From Heptranchias perlo (taxonomy: Eukaryota): a stretch of DNA of 64,000 nucleotides. Made by a program: the position numbers and the translations under genes. Every line of letters starts with the position of its first letter. Position 1 is the first letter of the stretch. Location of the stretch: assembly GCF_035084215.1 (NCBI RefSeq), contig NC_090361.1:2294001-2358000 (forward strand), in the 5' to 3' direction. The notes under the pieces are model-generated. The model was not told the origin of the DNA and did no database searches. It saw only the letters and a program-made list of their open reading frames with translations. Of the stretch, positions 1-12,005 are shown piece after piece.

Positions 1-52
1 GCTAACAACATGTAACACTGGTTCAACAAACTGCTAACACATCTGTGCTAAC

Positions 53-334
53 CTTACTGAATCCCTCTTTACTCAGCGTATCCACATTCCAAGGCATTGA
101 CTTCTCCTTCTTCTTCAGCGACGCCCCTTTCTTTTCCCATTCTTTCTCCTCCTTCTTCAGTTGTTTGAGATCATCCTGTAACTTTGCAATCTCTTTCTTT
201 GCATCGTCCGTTTCCACCAGCACCAACTCCTTCAGCTTCTTTTGGCACTCACTGAGTTTACGTTTACAATCCCCACAACTCTTCTCGTACTCCTCTCGTT
301 CTTTCTGTGCCTCTTCCATCCGCTCGACCCGAGC
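53..334 (-). CDS. CDC37: Hsp90 co-chaperone Cdc37, coding exon 2 (gene continues beyond left edge)
   Basis: Translation ARVERMEE...KKKEKSMPWNVDTLSKEGFSK matches the Cdc37 N-terminal domain; acceptor ttccag|GCT, donor AAG|gttag; 282 nt, phase 0/0. Confidence 0.95.
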
Positions 335-924
335 CTGGAACACAAAACGAACAAGTGCTATTTCTCTAAGCTGTTAATTGCGGAAACAATCAGAGTGAAT
401 TTTAGAAACAAAGAGCATTTTATTTGCAAACTGTATTATGCAGTGTTGCCACACTATGTCAGAGGGTATAATGTTTTATAAGAATAGGAGTATTATACCA
501 TGTAATACACAACATATTACACTGATTCAAGGTGGCGATATGCGTAATGCTCAGTCCCTTTAAGGTCACAAGGTATGATTGCTTTACAGACATAGCCTGA
601 GGTTAATTAAAGGATGTATGTGGGACCCTGTGTTTACCTACACTTTCTAATATATTTCCCAAAATAAAAATCACACAAGCAACCACGCCTCATACAATGT
701 TCATGCAGTACACAATGTTCTCACCATACACAATCCAAGTTTGGACGGGCAAAATGTACAAAATAGTGTCCATCCAACCTGCAGGAAATATGAAAAATTC
801 ACACCCCAACCATACGCATTTTACTAAAATCCGAGCGACATCTTTGGTTTATCGGCTGTATGTCTGAATTTGGCATGGATGATTAGAATTTGTTATTCTC
901 TCAAAAAGCATAAAAAGGTACAAG

Positions 925-1470
925 TACACAGAATGTGCAGCACAGAAACAGGCCATTCACCCCAACAGGTGGTGTTTATGCTCCACACGAGTCTCCTCCC
1001 TCCCTACTTCATCTCACTCTATCAACATATCCTTCTATTCCTTTCTCCCTCATGTGTTTATCTAGCTTCCCCTGAAATGTATCTGTACTATTCGCCTTAC
1101 CTGTTCCTTGTGGTAGCGAGTTCCACATTCTCACCACTCTCTGGGTAAAGAAGTTTCTCCTGAATTCCCTATTGGATTTATTAGTGACTATCTTATATTT
1201 ATGGCCCCTAGTTCTGGTCTTCCCCACAAGTGGAAACAGTTTCTTTACATCTACCCTGTCAAAACCTTTCATAATCTTAAAGACCTCCATCAGGTCACCT
1301 CTCAGCCTTCTCTTTACCAGAGAAAAGAGTCCCAGCCTGTTCAACCTTTCCTGATAGGTATAACCTCTCAGTCCTGGTATCATCCTTGTAAATCTTTTTT
1401 GCACTTTCTCCAGTGCCTCTACATCCTTTTTATAATATGGAGTCCAGAAGCGTTCACAGTTCTCCCAGTG
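925..1470 (-). mobile_element. CR1-type LINE 3' fragment
   Basis: ORF 1009-1404 has the CR1 ORF2 C-terminal motifs (QKRFTRMIPGL, RRLRGDL, FFTQRVV..WNSLP) followed by a CR1 3'UTR. Confidence 0.9.
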
Positions 1471-1652
1471 TGCTCCAAGTCAATTATCAATCTTCAATTA
1501 GAATGGTGTCCTGCTTCCATCCGAGGTCAGCACTTCAGCAGTTAGTTGGGATTCTAAGCCAGGCCTGTATCACCTTAAGGCTCCAACTCTCTCAAGCTCT
1601 CCTAGCCAACCCCCACTTCAAACTACTGAGACACTATTGCTGGTAGACATTG

Positions 1653-1778
1653 GACATAAGGAGCAGGAGCAGGAGTAGGCCATTCGGCCCCTCGAGCCTG
1701 CTCTGCCATTCAATCAGATCATAGCTGATCTTCGACCTCAACTCCACTTTCTCGCCTGATCCCCATATCCCTTGAAGT
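1653..1778 (-). mobile_element. CR1 3' tail fragment
   Basis: aggagtaggccattcggcccctcgagcctgc tail motif shared with the other CR1 copies in the window. Confidence 0.8.
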
Positions 1779-3085
1779 CCCCACCTGGAGGACATTCTGT
1801 GCTCCTGCTTTCTGCAGAACTTCTTGCAAATGATATTCAACATGGAGGAGTACTGATTTGTCAGTTATGGGGGGACAGTGGGTGATCAGCAAGAGGTTTC
1901 CTTGACCTTGTTTGACCTGAAGCGTGGAGCAATAATGGCCTGTGAATCGTTACTATAATTGGTCAGCACTCCCAGTTCATAATGAGTGAAGAGGGAATTC
2001 TACCCAGGATACTTGCACCTATGACTTGACTACCCTTAAAAAGGATAAAATAAGGTTAAAAAAAATGGATAGTTCAACATAAGCACTTTGGAGAGAAGTG
2101 TGTAGTTCTGTGTAATTGTGTAATTCTGAAAAGTACACTGTCCCTTTGAGCTCTGAAGTGCTCGGATATCCTGTTAGGTTAATTGGAGTAGACTATCATG
2201 TTTATATTCAAAAAGGTGAGGGAATCATAAGAGGTGTTCCCATATCTCTAAGTGTTGATCTTAATTGTTCACCATCCACAAAGATCTGGACAGTGTTCAA
2301 TAAAGATAACTCTTCACACAGTCCAATCAAGTTTTAAAACTTTCCAAATAAAGAACACCATATCACTGTAAGTCACTCTGCTTCTGTTTACTACTGATAT
2401 GCATTTTAGAAATTTGGGAAATTAGTTACACACGTAACAGGAATGCATGTCACGTGCAATGGAGAACCTGTTATAAGTACTGATTAGATCAGAAAGATCT
2501 AGCTCTCCAATGGTTCAGCTGACAAAGATGGTATGTACCTGAGTCAGAGGATCTCTGGTTTGATACCTGGTCTCAGCTGTGGCAAGACAGGTGCCACAGT
2601 CGGTTGCAATGCCCCTAGACCAGGGAGGGCGAGATGTGCTCAGGTTCCTGCTCTTGATCTATTATTGTGTGAGAAAGTCTGCCTGTCTGGACATCCAGCA
2701 GGGTCAGGGTCAGGGTTTTGGAACAGCCTCGAGGGGTTGAATGGCGCTACAGCACCACCAGCGGCGGGAGGCTGCAATCACAGGGTGATTGTTTACATGG
2801 GACATTCCCATTATAAACACCCACAGAAAGCTTCCCAACGGGAAAAGTTGGCACAGGAAGTGGACAGATCCTAGACCTTTAATATCTTATATAATTAAAG
2901 ATAAAGATGGGGAAGGGTCGATCCCTCTCCCTATTCCTTCTATTACTGAGCCCAGTAACTATCAGTCGTATTTTACAGAGGGAGAGTGGTATTTTCTCCA
3001 CACTATTAACTCCGCTCCCAGGCCCGAGGCCCGGGGCTTTCCCTGGATCACTGCGGCCTGTGCGGCGATCGAGCCGGGCCCTCAC

Positions 3086-3187
3086 CTGGTGCCTCCATCG
3101 GAACAGACTGGCCGTGTCGATGTTCGGGTGAGTCTCGTCCTCATCGTCCGACACCTCAATGTGGTCCCACACGCTGTAATCCACCAT
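3086..3187 (-). CDS. CDC37: Cdc37 coding exon 1
   Basis: [34 protein letters not shown] is the invariant Cdc37 N-terminus, including the CK2 site Ser13; donor CAG|gtgag; 102 nt. Confidence 0.98.
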
Positions 3188-3423
3188 CTTGGAGCGAGGG
3201 GGGATCGGGCGACGTGCCGCGCCTCGGGCCTTGCTTCCCTCGCCGCCTCTCTGGCGCTCACTCCCGGCTTCCGCTTCTAGAAAACTCCCTGGGCAACACC
3301 GCCGCTGCCGGGAGAACGTCACTTCCGGCCCCCCCCCGGGGGGAGGGGTGACGTCATTGAGAGGCGGCACCTTCTTGGAGCCAGAGAGGGCGGGAAAATG
3401 AGAGAGGGCGGGAAAATGAGAGA
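3188..3423 (-). promoter_or_regulatory. CDC37 5'UTR and CpG-rich promoter
   Basis: HSE-like cTTCtaGAAaaCTCc 3274-3288; overlapping ETS/CRE CCGGAAGTGACG (minus strand, 3317-3328); full CRE TGACGTCA 3349-3356; tandemly duplicated GGGCGGGAAA (GC-box/E2F-like) about 3385-3423. Confidence 0.7.
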
Positions 3424-3910
3424 GGGTGCGAGAGTAGGGGGGTGGGTGTGGGAGGGTGTGTGTGAGAGGTTGAGGGAGGGCGGGCGGGTGTGTGTGTGGG
3501 AGGGTGTGAGAGTAGGGGGGTGGGTGTGAGAGTAGGGGGGTGGGTGTGGGAGGGTGTGAGAGTAGGGGGGTGGAGGGAGGGCGGGTGTGTGTGGGAGGGT
3601 GTGAGAGTAGGGGGGTGGGTGTGGGAGGGTGTGAGAGTAGGGGGGTGGGTGTGGGAGGGTGTGTGTGAGAGGTTGAGGGAGGGCGGGTGTGTGTGGGAGG
3701 GTGTGAGAGTAGGGGGGTGGGTGTGGGAGGGTGTGAGAGTAGGGGGGTGGGTGTGGGAGGGTGTGAGAGTAGGGGGGTGGGTGTGGGAGGGTGTGTGTGA
3801 GAGGTTGAGGGAGGGCAGGTGTGGGAGGGTGTGAGAGTAGGGGGGTGGGTGTGGGAGGGTGTGTGTGGGAGGTTGAGGGAGGGCGGGTGTGTGTGGGAGG
3901 GTGTGTGAGT
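3424..3910. repeat. G-rich minisatellite (about 30-bp unit gggagggtgtgagagtaggggggtgggtgt plus variant units)
   Basis: Directly visible tandem units; explains the low-complexity H/P/T ORFs at 3319-3946. Confidence 0.95.
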
Positions 3911-3959
3911 GGCACAGACCAATACTGACTGGGCACAGCGACACACCAGCAGGAGGTTA

Positions 3960-4175
3960 CCTCTAATATTTATCCCTCAACCAGCATCACTAAAACAGAT
4001 TATCTGGTCGTTATCTCATTTCTATTTGTGGGATCTTGCTGTGCACAAAATTGGCTGCTGCATTTCCTACATTACAACAGTGACTACACTTCAAAAGTAC
4101 TTCATTGTCTGTGAAGCGTTTTGGGACATCCTGAGGTTGTGAAAGGTGCTGTAGAAATGCACGTCTTTCTTCCTT
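3960..4175 (+). mobile_element. Deu-domain tRNA-SINE (SacSINE1-like), 3' half
   Basis: aatatttatccctcaacc...gtgggatcttgctgtgc...gactacacttcaaaagtac...gaaaggtgct, matching the near full-length copy at 37488-37937. Confidence 0.75.
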
Positions 4176-5807
4176 TAAATGATCCATTAGGTTGATACTG
4201 GATTGCCCCAGTGTCATCAACAGAAAAAAAGGAATTGACATATGACCCCCCTTTTATTTTTAAGAGGCACAACTAATAAAGGAATTTAAACATAAAGAGT
4301 ACTTCTCAACAAAACAAAAGGAAAGTTAGAAAATGAAATAAGAACAGTGTTGCTTGTGTCTCCGAGACTCTCTACTCCTTGTAGTGCCCACCGGTCACAG
4401 AAGGGTATCAGGTGGATGTGGCTGAGAGGGAACCTCATTCAAAGAAACAACTTGCATTTATGTGGATTGACAGCCAATGAATGACTTTTTTGAAACATAG
4501 TCACTTGTCATGTAGACAAATGGAGCAGCCGATACGCACTCAGCAAGATCCTGCAACAGCAGTGAGATGGGCTACGGTCTCTCAATAATGAAAAATACAT
4601 GCCGAGACTGTCAGCATCTGTCAAGCGAAAAGATGATCAGTTTGGGTAGCGACCCTTCAGAAGTCAGATGGGATGGGAGATGAGGCCAAGAGATACCTTA
4701 TTTTCCTACATTACAACACTGACTACACTTCAAAAGTACTTAATTGTCTGTAAAGCACTTTCGGACTTGCTGAGGTTGTGAAAGGTGCTATATAAATGGA
4801 AGCTCTTATTGTGAGAGTAGAGATGCAGGAAATGGAGTGAATAAGGCTGAGAGCCTCGATAACCACAGCTAAAGAAAACCTAGGCAGAGAAAATGGGACA
4901 TTTTGGAAGCTCTGGTGTGGATAGTATCAGAGCAGACAGGATGGAAAAACTGAAAAGAAAGGATTGAAACTCCTGTTGCCTTTCCAGCCACTGAATCCAG
5001 ATGTTGCAGCACATTATCTGAGGGGGCTGCTCTTCAATTTCTGGCTTCATTTCACCTCCATGCTTTTCATCTTTGGTCACCTGGTGCACAGGGGGCCTCC
5101 TGGTGGGTCTGCAACAAACCCCCATCCACAGTTCCAGGATATTGCAGCCCAAAGGAGGGCAGATTCGACTGCTTGCCTTTCTTCCAAGGCCATGTGCACA
5201 CCCGGGTGACCGTAGAATTAGGTGAGCAGTGTCTGCCGGTTCACCTGAAGCCTTTCGCGACCAGTTTTTGTATCATTGATGATTAAATCCAGATTATGGT
5301 CGAATATCTCACATACAGGTTTGATTGTTCACCCCATTTATATCAAGAGGAGGGCACGTGAAGTGACGATTTTACACTGGTGGCTTTGGGCTGATGCCCA
5401 GTGCCATTCCATTAGTTCAAACTGAGCCCCTTTGAGATACGAGTGAAAATGGCAATATGAGTGTTGATTTGGACGGACTTCTCCACTCAACAAAGAAATT
5501 GGTTAATGGGTAATTCTATGAACTATCTCTGGGTTTTTTCAGGAGAGTTGTATGACTCAGTAATCATTGAACACTTAAACACCACCAAGATTAGACGGAT
5601 AAGGCAGTGACTCTTGTAAAGGTTTGCAGGTTGTAGATTGTGGAAGAGGAATTTGCCTGAACAAGATTAACCCTTAGAGAGTAGCTGTGAATATTTTTTC
5701 CCTCCAATTTTCTCATCTGTCCTTCTCTCCCGATTCCCCCAGTTGACACCCAAGGCATTGGTCAATCACCAGTACGTCAGCCAAATGACCATTTTTCATG
5801 TTGGGTC

Positions 5808-6112
5808 GTGTCAGAGAGAAACTATTTCCTCTGGTGGGAGAGTCCAGAACAACGGGGCATAACCTTAAAATTAGAGCTCGACTGTTCAGGGGTGATGTCA
5901 GGAAACACTTCTCCCCCAAAAAGCTATTAAGGCGGGGGAGGGGGTCAATTAAAAATGTCCAAACTGAGATTGATAGATTTTTGACAGTTTCGGGTATTAA
6001 GGGATATGGAACCAAGGCAGATAAACGGAGTAAAGATACAGATTAACCATGATCTAATTGAATGGCGGGACAGGCTTGAGGGGCTGAATGGCCGCCTCCT
6101 GTTCCTATGTTC
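5808..6112 (+). mobile_element. CR1 3' fragment
   Basis: EKLFPLVGESRTTGH...IKGYG followed by a CR1 tail. Confidence 0.85.
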
Positions 6113-6396
6113 GTATTATCAGCAGACTATCTGAGCCCCACAGCCAAGCCCGATTCTGTCCTCACATGATGTGGACATGTACATACCTCCAGTAGGGGGG
6201 CCAGCAGAGAGAGGTCACTCTGCACCGATCGGGGCATTGGGATCGTCCTGATCTCTGCAGCTCAAAGATGAAGAATTCACCTCTCGGCCACTGGGGCTCC
6301 CTGACATTTTTTTTAATGTTTTATTTTATGCTTATCAGGTTGAGGGATATCAGTGCCGGGGAATACAATACTTATCTCAGATCAGGTACCCCAGGG

Positions 6397-7668
6397 AAGC
6401 TGAACTGAACAGTGTTACACGGGGAAAGTTGAATGTACTGAACAGTGTATTACACAGAGAGCTGTATGTACTGAACAGTGTTACACAGGGAAAGCTGTAT
6501 GTACTGAACAGTATTACACGGGGGAAGCTGTATGTACTGAACAGTATTACACGGGGGAAGCTGTATGTACTGAACTGTATTACACAGGGGAAGCTGTATG
6601 TACTGAACAGTATTACACGGGGGAAGCTGTATGTACTGAACAGTGTTACACAGGGGGAGCTGTATGTACTGAACAGTATTACACGGGGGAAGCTGTATGT
6701 ACTGAACAGTGTTACACAGGGAAAGCTATATGTACTGAACAGTATTACACGGGGGAAGCTGTATGTACTGAACAGTATTACACAGGGGAAGCTAATTGTA
6801 AACAATTTTACAACACCAAGTTATAGTCCAGCAATTTTATTTTAAATTCACAGGGGAAGCTGTATGTACTGAACAGTGTTACACAGGGGGAGCTGTATGT
6901 ACTGAACAGTGTTACACGGGGGGAGCTGTATGTTCTGAACAGTATTACACAGGGGGAGCTGTATGTACTGAACAGTGTTACACGGGGGAAGCTGTATGTA
7001 CTGAACAGTATTACGGGGGAAGCTGTATGTACTGAACAGTGTTACACAGGGGAAGCTGTATGTACTGAACAGTGTTACACGGGGGGAGCTGTATGTACTG
7101 AACAGTGTTACACAGGGGGAGCTGTATGTACTGAACAGTGTTACACGGGGGGAGCTGTATGTACTGAACAGTGTTACACAGGGGGAGCTGTATGTACTGA
7201 ACAGTGTTACACGGGGGGAGCTGTATGTACTGAACAGTGTTACACAGGGGGAGCAGTATGTACTGAACAGTGTTACACGGGGGGAGCTGTATGTACTGAA
7301 CAGTATTACGGGGGGAGCTGTATGTACTGAACAGTATTACACAGGGGGAGCTGTATGTACTGAACAGTATTACACAGGGGGAGCTGTATGTACTGAACAG
7401 TGTTACACGGGGGGAGCTGTATGTACTGAACAGTGTTACACAGGGGGAGCAGTATGTACTGAACAGTGTTACACGGGGGGAGCTGTATGTACTGAACAGT
7501 ATTACGGGGGGAGCTGTATGTACTGAACAGTGTTACACGGGGGGAGCTGTATGTACTGAACAGTATTACGGGGGGAGCTGTATGTACTGAACAGTATTAC
7601 ACAGGGGGAGCTGTATGTACTGAACAGTATTACACAGGGGGAGCTGTATGTACTGAACAGTATTACAC
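6397..7668. repeat. 33-bp minisatellite (gctgtatgtactgaacagtattacacgggggaa), interrupted at 6794-6848
   Basis: Direct tandem units; 11-aa periodicity (KLYVLNSITRG) in the ORF track. Confidence 0.95.
6794..6852 (-). mobile_element. Short Penelope-type terminal fragment inserted in the minisatellite
   Basis: Identical to the outer part of the palindrome arm starting at 30266; flanked by duplicated cacaggggaagct (6781-6793 / 6849-6861). Confidence 0.75.
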
Positions 7669-7827
7669 GAGGACCTTGCATTAATACAGCACCTGTCACA
7701 TCCTCAAAACATCGCAAAGCACTTTCCAGCCAATCAATGACTTCTGATGTTTTGTTGGTGCTGTACAAACAAAGAGGTGAACTAATTTGGAGTTTGCGAC
7801 CTGAGTGCACACCTGTACCTTACACTT

Positions 7828-7955
7828 CTTTTAATTCATGGGATGTGGGCGTTGCTGGCGAGGCCAGCATTTATTGCCCATCCCTAATTGCCCTTGAGAA
7901 GGTGGTGGTGAGCCGCCTTCTTGAACCGCTGCAGTCCGTGTGGTGAAGGTCCTTC
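7828..7955 (-). mobile_element. 3' end of a second LINE family
   Basis: Nearly identical to 21555-21675 (gggatgtgggcg...gcccttgagaaggtggtggtgagccgccttcttgaaccgctgcagtcc). Confidence 0.7.
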
Positions 7956-9383
7956 AGTCACGACTGGACTTTTAAAACATAGTTGTGTAAATCACACCTT
8001 GTTGTTGCTGCCACAGGTATCCCTGAACGAGCCTGGTGTTTACACCTGTCTGATATCAGTGAAGACCTTAAATCTTGGAATGAAGCAAAGCTGGTTTGTG
8101 AGTCTGAACATATAAGTTGAGCAGTAAATGGGCAGAGTTAAGTAAGGAGGCAAGGTCATTGCACCTGGCGAGAGTGACCTTTGGGACATGTTCTGAGTTC
8201 CCCAGTTGCCGTGCTGAGATTGTTCCTATTTTGATCTGACTTTGCTTTTTCCTGGTTTGTTCACCCTTTCCCGAAGCTGCTGATCGATGCCCGTATACGG
8301 TAATACAGGTGCCAGTGCCCCTCTTGTACCTCGCTCGGGGGCGGGTGGAGTGCTGTCCACCTATTAGGTCCTGTAAACTGAGCATCAGCCGGCTATTCGA
8401 CCATGGGTAGATCCCACTGTGAACGGCTCCCCCTCCCTGCCCCCTAGCACTCAATGCCCAGGCTCAAATGTGACAAATGGGTGAATGCCCTGCCCCTGTG
8501 GAACTGATGCCCCAGCGTGAGTCAGTGCCTTCAGGATAAGACAGAAAAATAAAGGATGGGACTGGGAGAGGATCTGGGAAGAGATCAGCTACCCTGTCCT
8601 AATGGTTGTGACCCAGCAGACAAATCAGCAAAGGAGAGGGGGAGAAAGGATATAAAATAAACATTCAATAAATATTAATAACGGGGGAGAAAATGGCCAA
8701 TAATTCCTTTCACCTCACAAGGAACAGTCTCTGGTTGGTTGAGTGCATTACCCAGTTTGCAACACCTATGGATCAGTCCGGAATTGCATCTTTTTTTCCA
8801 TTGTGCCGGCCTCACCTGTTAATCCAAACACTTACTTTAAGTGCTAACAGATGTTCGGGAGAAACATAAAAGGACCTTCATCTGCACAGAATGATTGACC
8901 AGCTTTGCTCAGTCAGGGTTATCTGGGCCGCCTCAATCCGCCCACTGCACCTCCTTTCACCAATGGGATTTTGAGTTAAAGCAATGAGGCTGACCTTATG
9001 TTTTCCGTTCACAGATTCAGGGAGACGCTGGGTCGGAAGGCGAGACAGTGACTCGGTGCCAAAGCAATCAGGAAAGTCGTTTTTATCCCCCCCTTTCTCA
9101 GGGTTTAAACTGTCAAATTGTATTTATTTTATCCGATCAGGAAAGAAACCTAAACACTGATTTATATCCAGCCTGTGCTGTTTGGTCCAAAACTGCACCA
9201 AGTCAATTAACAAAGAGTCTCCCCTTCTGTTTAATCACTAAGAGCGAATTTTAATAAATGAAAAGCTTTCTCCGGTTGACATTTTAGTGCCTTGTTGACT
9301 TTTTTTTGCCAGCAGTTTCAGTGTCACATGATCACCGGTCGGGAGGCTGATTGTGTCGGGAGCTTTGGTCACTGGGCTACGTT

Positions 9384-9521
9384 GGAGATTGGAGTGGAGA
9401 TTGGAGTGGAGATTGGAGATTGGATTGGAGTGGAGATTGGAGATTGGATTGGAGTGGAGATTGGAGTGGAGTGGAGTGGATGGAGTGGATTGGATTGGAG
9501 TGGAGATTGGAGTGGAGTGGA
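9384..9521. repeat. (GGAGT/GGATT/GGAGATT)n simple repeat
   Basis: Directly visible. Confidence 0.9.
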
Positions 9522-9809
9522 AGGGGGAACCCACTGAGTGCACTGCAATTCAGTTGGACTGTGAAGATCTTCCCAAGAGCACTGAAGGAGATCCCTTCCA
9601 GCCCTGTCACCTTTCCCACTGAGGAGGACCAGAGCAGCACTCATAGAATCACAGAAAGGTTACAGCACGGAAGGAGGCCATTCGGCCCATTGAGTCCGCA
9701 CTGGCTCTATGCAAGAACAATCCAGCGAGTACCACTCCCCCCGCCCTATCCCTGTAGCCCTGCAATGTTGCAGGAACATCACCTCCTCCAAGTCACACAC
9801 TTGGGTTAC

Positions 9810-10735
9810 GTGTCAGCCATGGCTCAGTGGGTCGCACTCCTGCCTCTGAGTCAGAAGGTTGTCCCACTTCAGAAACTTGAGTATAAAAGCCAGGCTGACA
9901 CTCCCAGTGCTGCACTGTTGGAGGTGCTTTGGATGAAATGTTAATCCGAGCCTCCGTCTGCTTTCTCAGGTGGATAGAAAAGATCCCATGGTGCTATTTT
10001 GAAGAAAAGCAGGATGTTCCCCCCCCCCCCAACAATATTTATCCCTCAACCAACATCACCGAAAGACAAAACATCTGATCATTATCACATTGTTGGTCAC
10101 CACATTGCAGGAAGGATGTAATTGCTCTGGAGAGAGTGCAGAGAAGATTTACAAGAATCTTGCCAGGGCTTGAAAAATTGCAGCTACGAGGAGAGATTGG
10201 ATAGGCTGGGGTTGTTTTCCTAGGAACAGAGGAGGCTGAGGGGAGACTTGATTGAGGTGTACAAAATTATGAGGGGCCCAGATAGAGTAGACAGGAAGTA
10301 CCTGTTTCCCCTAGCGGAGAGTTCAAGAACTAGAGGACATAGATTTAAGCCGATTGGCGGAAGGATTAGGTGGGACATGAGGAAAAACTTTTTTACCCAG
10401 AGGGTGGTGGGTGTATGGAATTCGCTGCCCGAATTGGTGGTAGAGGCAGGGACCCTCAACTCTTTTAAAAAGTACCTGGACCTGCACCTCAAGTGCTGTA
10501 AGCTGCAGGGCTACGGACCGGGTGCTGGAAGGTGGGATTAGAATGGGCACCTGGTTGTTCTTCCAGCCGGCGCAGGCATGATGGGCCGAATGGCCCCCTT
10601 CTGTGCTGTATCTTTTCTATGGTTTGTGGGAACTTGCTTTGCGCAAATTGGCTGCTGAATTTCCTAAACTAGAACAGTGACTACAATTCAAATAAAGTTC
10701 TTAATGGCTGTAAAGTGAGGTGGTGAAAGATGCTC
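9810..10735 (+). mobile_element. Deu-type SINE split by a CR1 insertion (CR1 about 10096-10620)
   Basis: tRNA-like head gtgtcagccatggctcagtgg; SINE resumes at gtttgtggga (10622); inner ORF 10248-10541 is the CR1 ORF2 C-terminus. Confidence 0.8.
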
Positions 10736-11387
10736 TGTGTGTGTATATATATATACACACCTACACGCAAGCTCTCCTTTTTTCTTAACACACCCTAACT
10801 TGGACAAATATAGTCGTTCCTTCATTGATCCTAGGCCAATATCCGAGAATTCCCTACCTAGTACCATTGTAGGAGCTCCACACGGATCACACAGTCACTG
10901 CTCCTGTTTCTAGTGAAGGCTCAAAGTGACTATTTCAGGACAACTGATCCACGGTGTCTTTTCCTCCTCTTATTCCAGCGGGGTTAAAGCCAACAGCAAT
11001 TCACAAGCCCCCCTGAGTTACAGGGTACGGAGGCTGCACCGTCAGGTCCAACAATTGAGGTAGGAGGTGACATAAAACAGCAGATTCAGCCTTGAACTCC
11101 CCTCCCTGGTGTTTCAACTCGACACCAGCAGCTTCCTCCTCCGTTCACCGCCGGTGATTGTTGCAGACGGTCGTTTGCTTTGGGGAGGGGGGCGAGTGCT
11201 GGTCAGACGGGGTCGGGCTGTAACAGCAGCCCCCTGATCATGTCTGTTCGGGGTCAGAGCGACCTGCGACCTCCCTCGCCCCTTTCTGGTGATCTGCACT
11301 TTCTGCGAAAGCTCACAGCTGCCTTGGTGGCCGGGACGATGTGCCGTGTGTGGGGAGCGAATGTGTAGTCAGTCGGAACCTGCGGAC

Positions 11388-11585
11388 ATGGGGAAAGCTC
11401 TGTGGAGGTGGAGAGTCACGTCTGCGGAGGGTGTCGGAGCGGAGGATCGAGACCCCGAGAGGGAGAGGAAATGGGCTGAGCTCTTCCAGCAATTTGATAC
11501 CAACCGGGATGGGCGTGTGGACATGACCGAGCTGGGGGAAGGCCTGAGATCCATGGGCATGTTGATGAGAGCTGATACCGAGCAG
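11388..11585 (+). CDS. SLC25A23: SCaMC mitochondrial ATP-Mg/Pi carrier, exon 1 (EF-hand 1); alternative in-frame ATG at 11361
   Basis: RERKWAELFQQFDTNRDGRVDMTELGEGL resembles SCaMC EF1; Kozak gacATGg; phase-0 junction at CAG|gcacag (non-canonical, see findings). Confidence 0.75.
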
Positions 11586-12005
11586 GCACAGTATATTTCA
11601 GTTCATCTTCTGTTCCTCCTCCCGGGATCTGAACACACCCAAGAGGATCGAGTGAATCTTTCCAGCTCCCTGGGCTCCCCTTCCCTCTCACACCATCAGG
11701 GCCAGAGTCAGGAGCTTGTTCACACACAGGCTGTTTCACACGGTGTTTGAGAGTAAGTGGGGAGGTGCGACCACACACCGGGGGTCTTGTCCCATCAAAC
11801 ACTCACACCAGCGGATCGGTTTCTCTCAGGGAGTAAATAATCTGAGCTGGTATCAGAAACCGGTACTAAGGTGTGACACACATTGGTTCCCCCGACAACT
11901 GACAGAACGTAAACCTTCACTAACAGGTCTCTCAGAGACATGAAGCACACTTAGCTTCAAGATCTCTCTCCCTCTGTTTCTCTTTTTCTCTCTCTATCTC
12001 TCTTT

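Noticed and set aside
2879-3946. 355-aa ORF containing the CDC37 N-terminus (apparent N-terminal extension)
   Set aside because: The upstream part is the G-rich minisatellite and promoter; the conserved start is the ATG at 3187 and the downstream part is intron
6397-7668. CRISPR-like array (33-bp repeats with internal palindrome tactg-aa-cagta)
   Set aside because: Head-to-tail repeats with no unique spacers, no cas genes, vertebrate context
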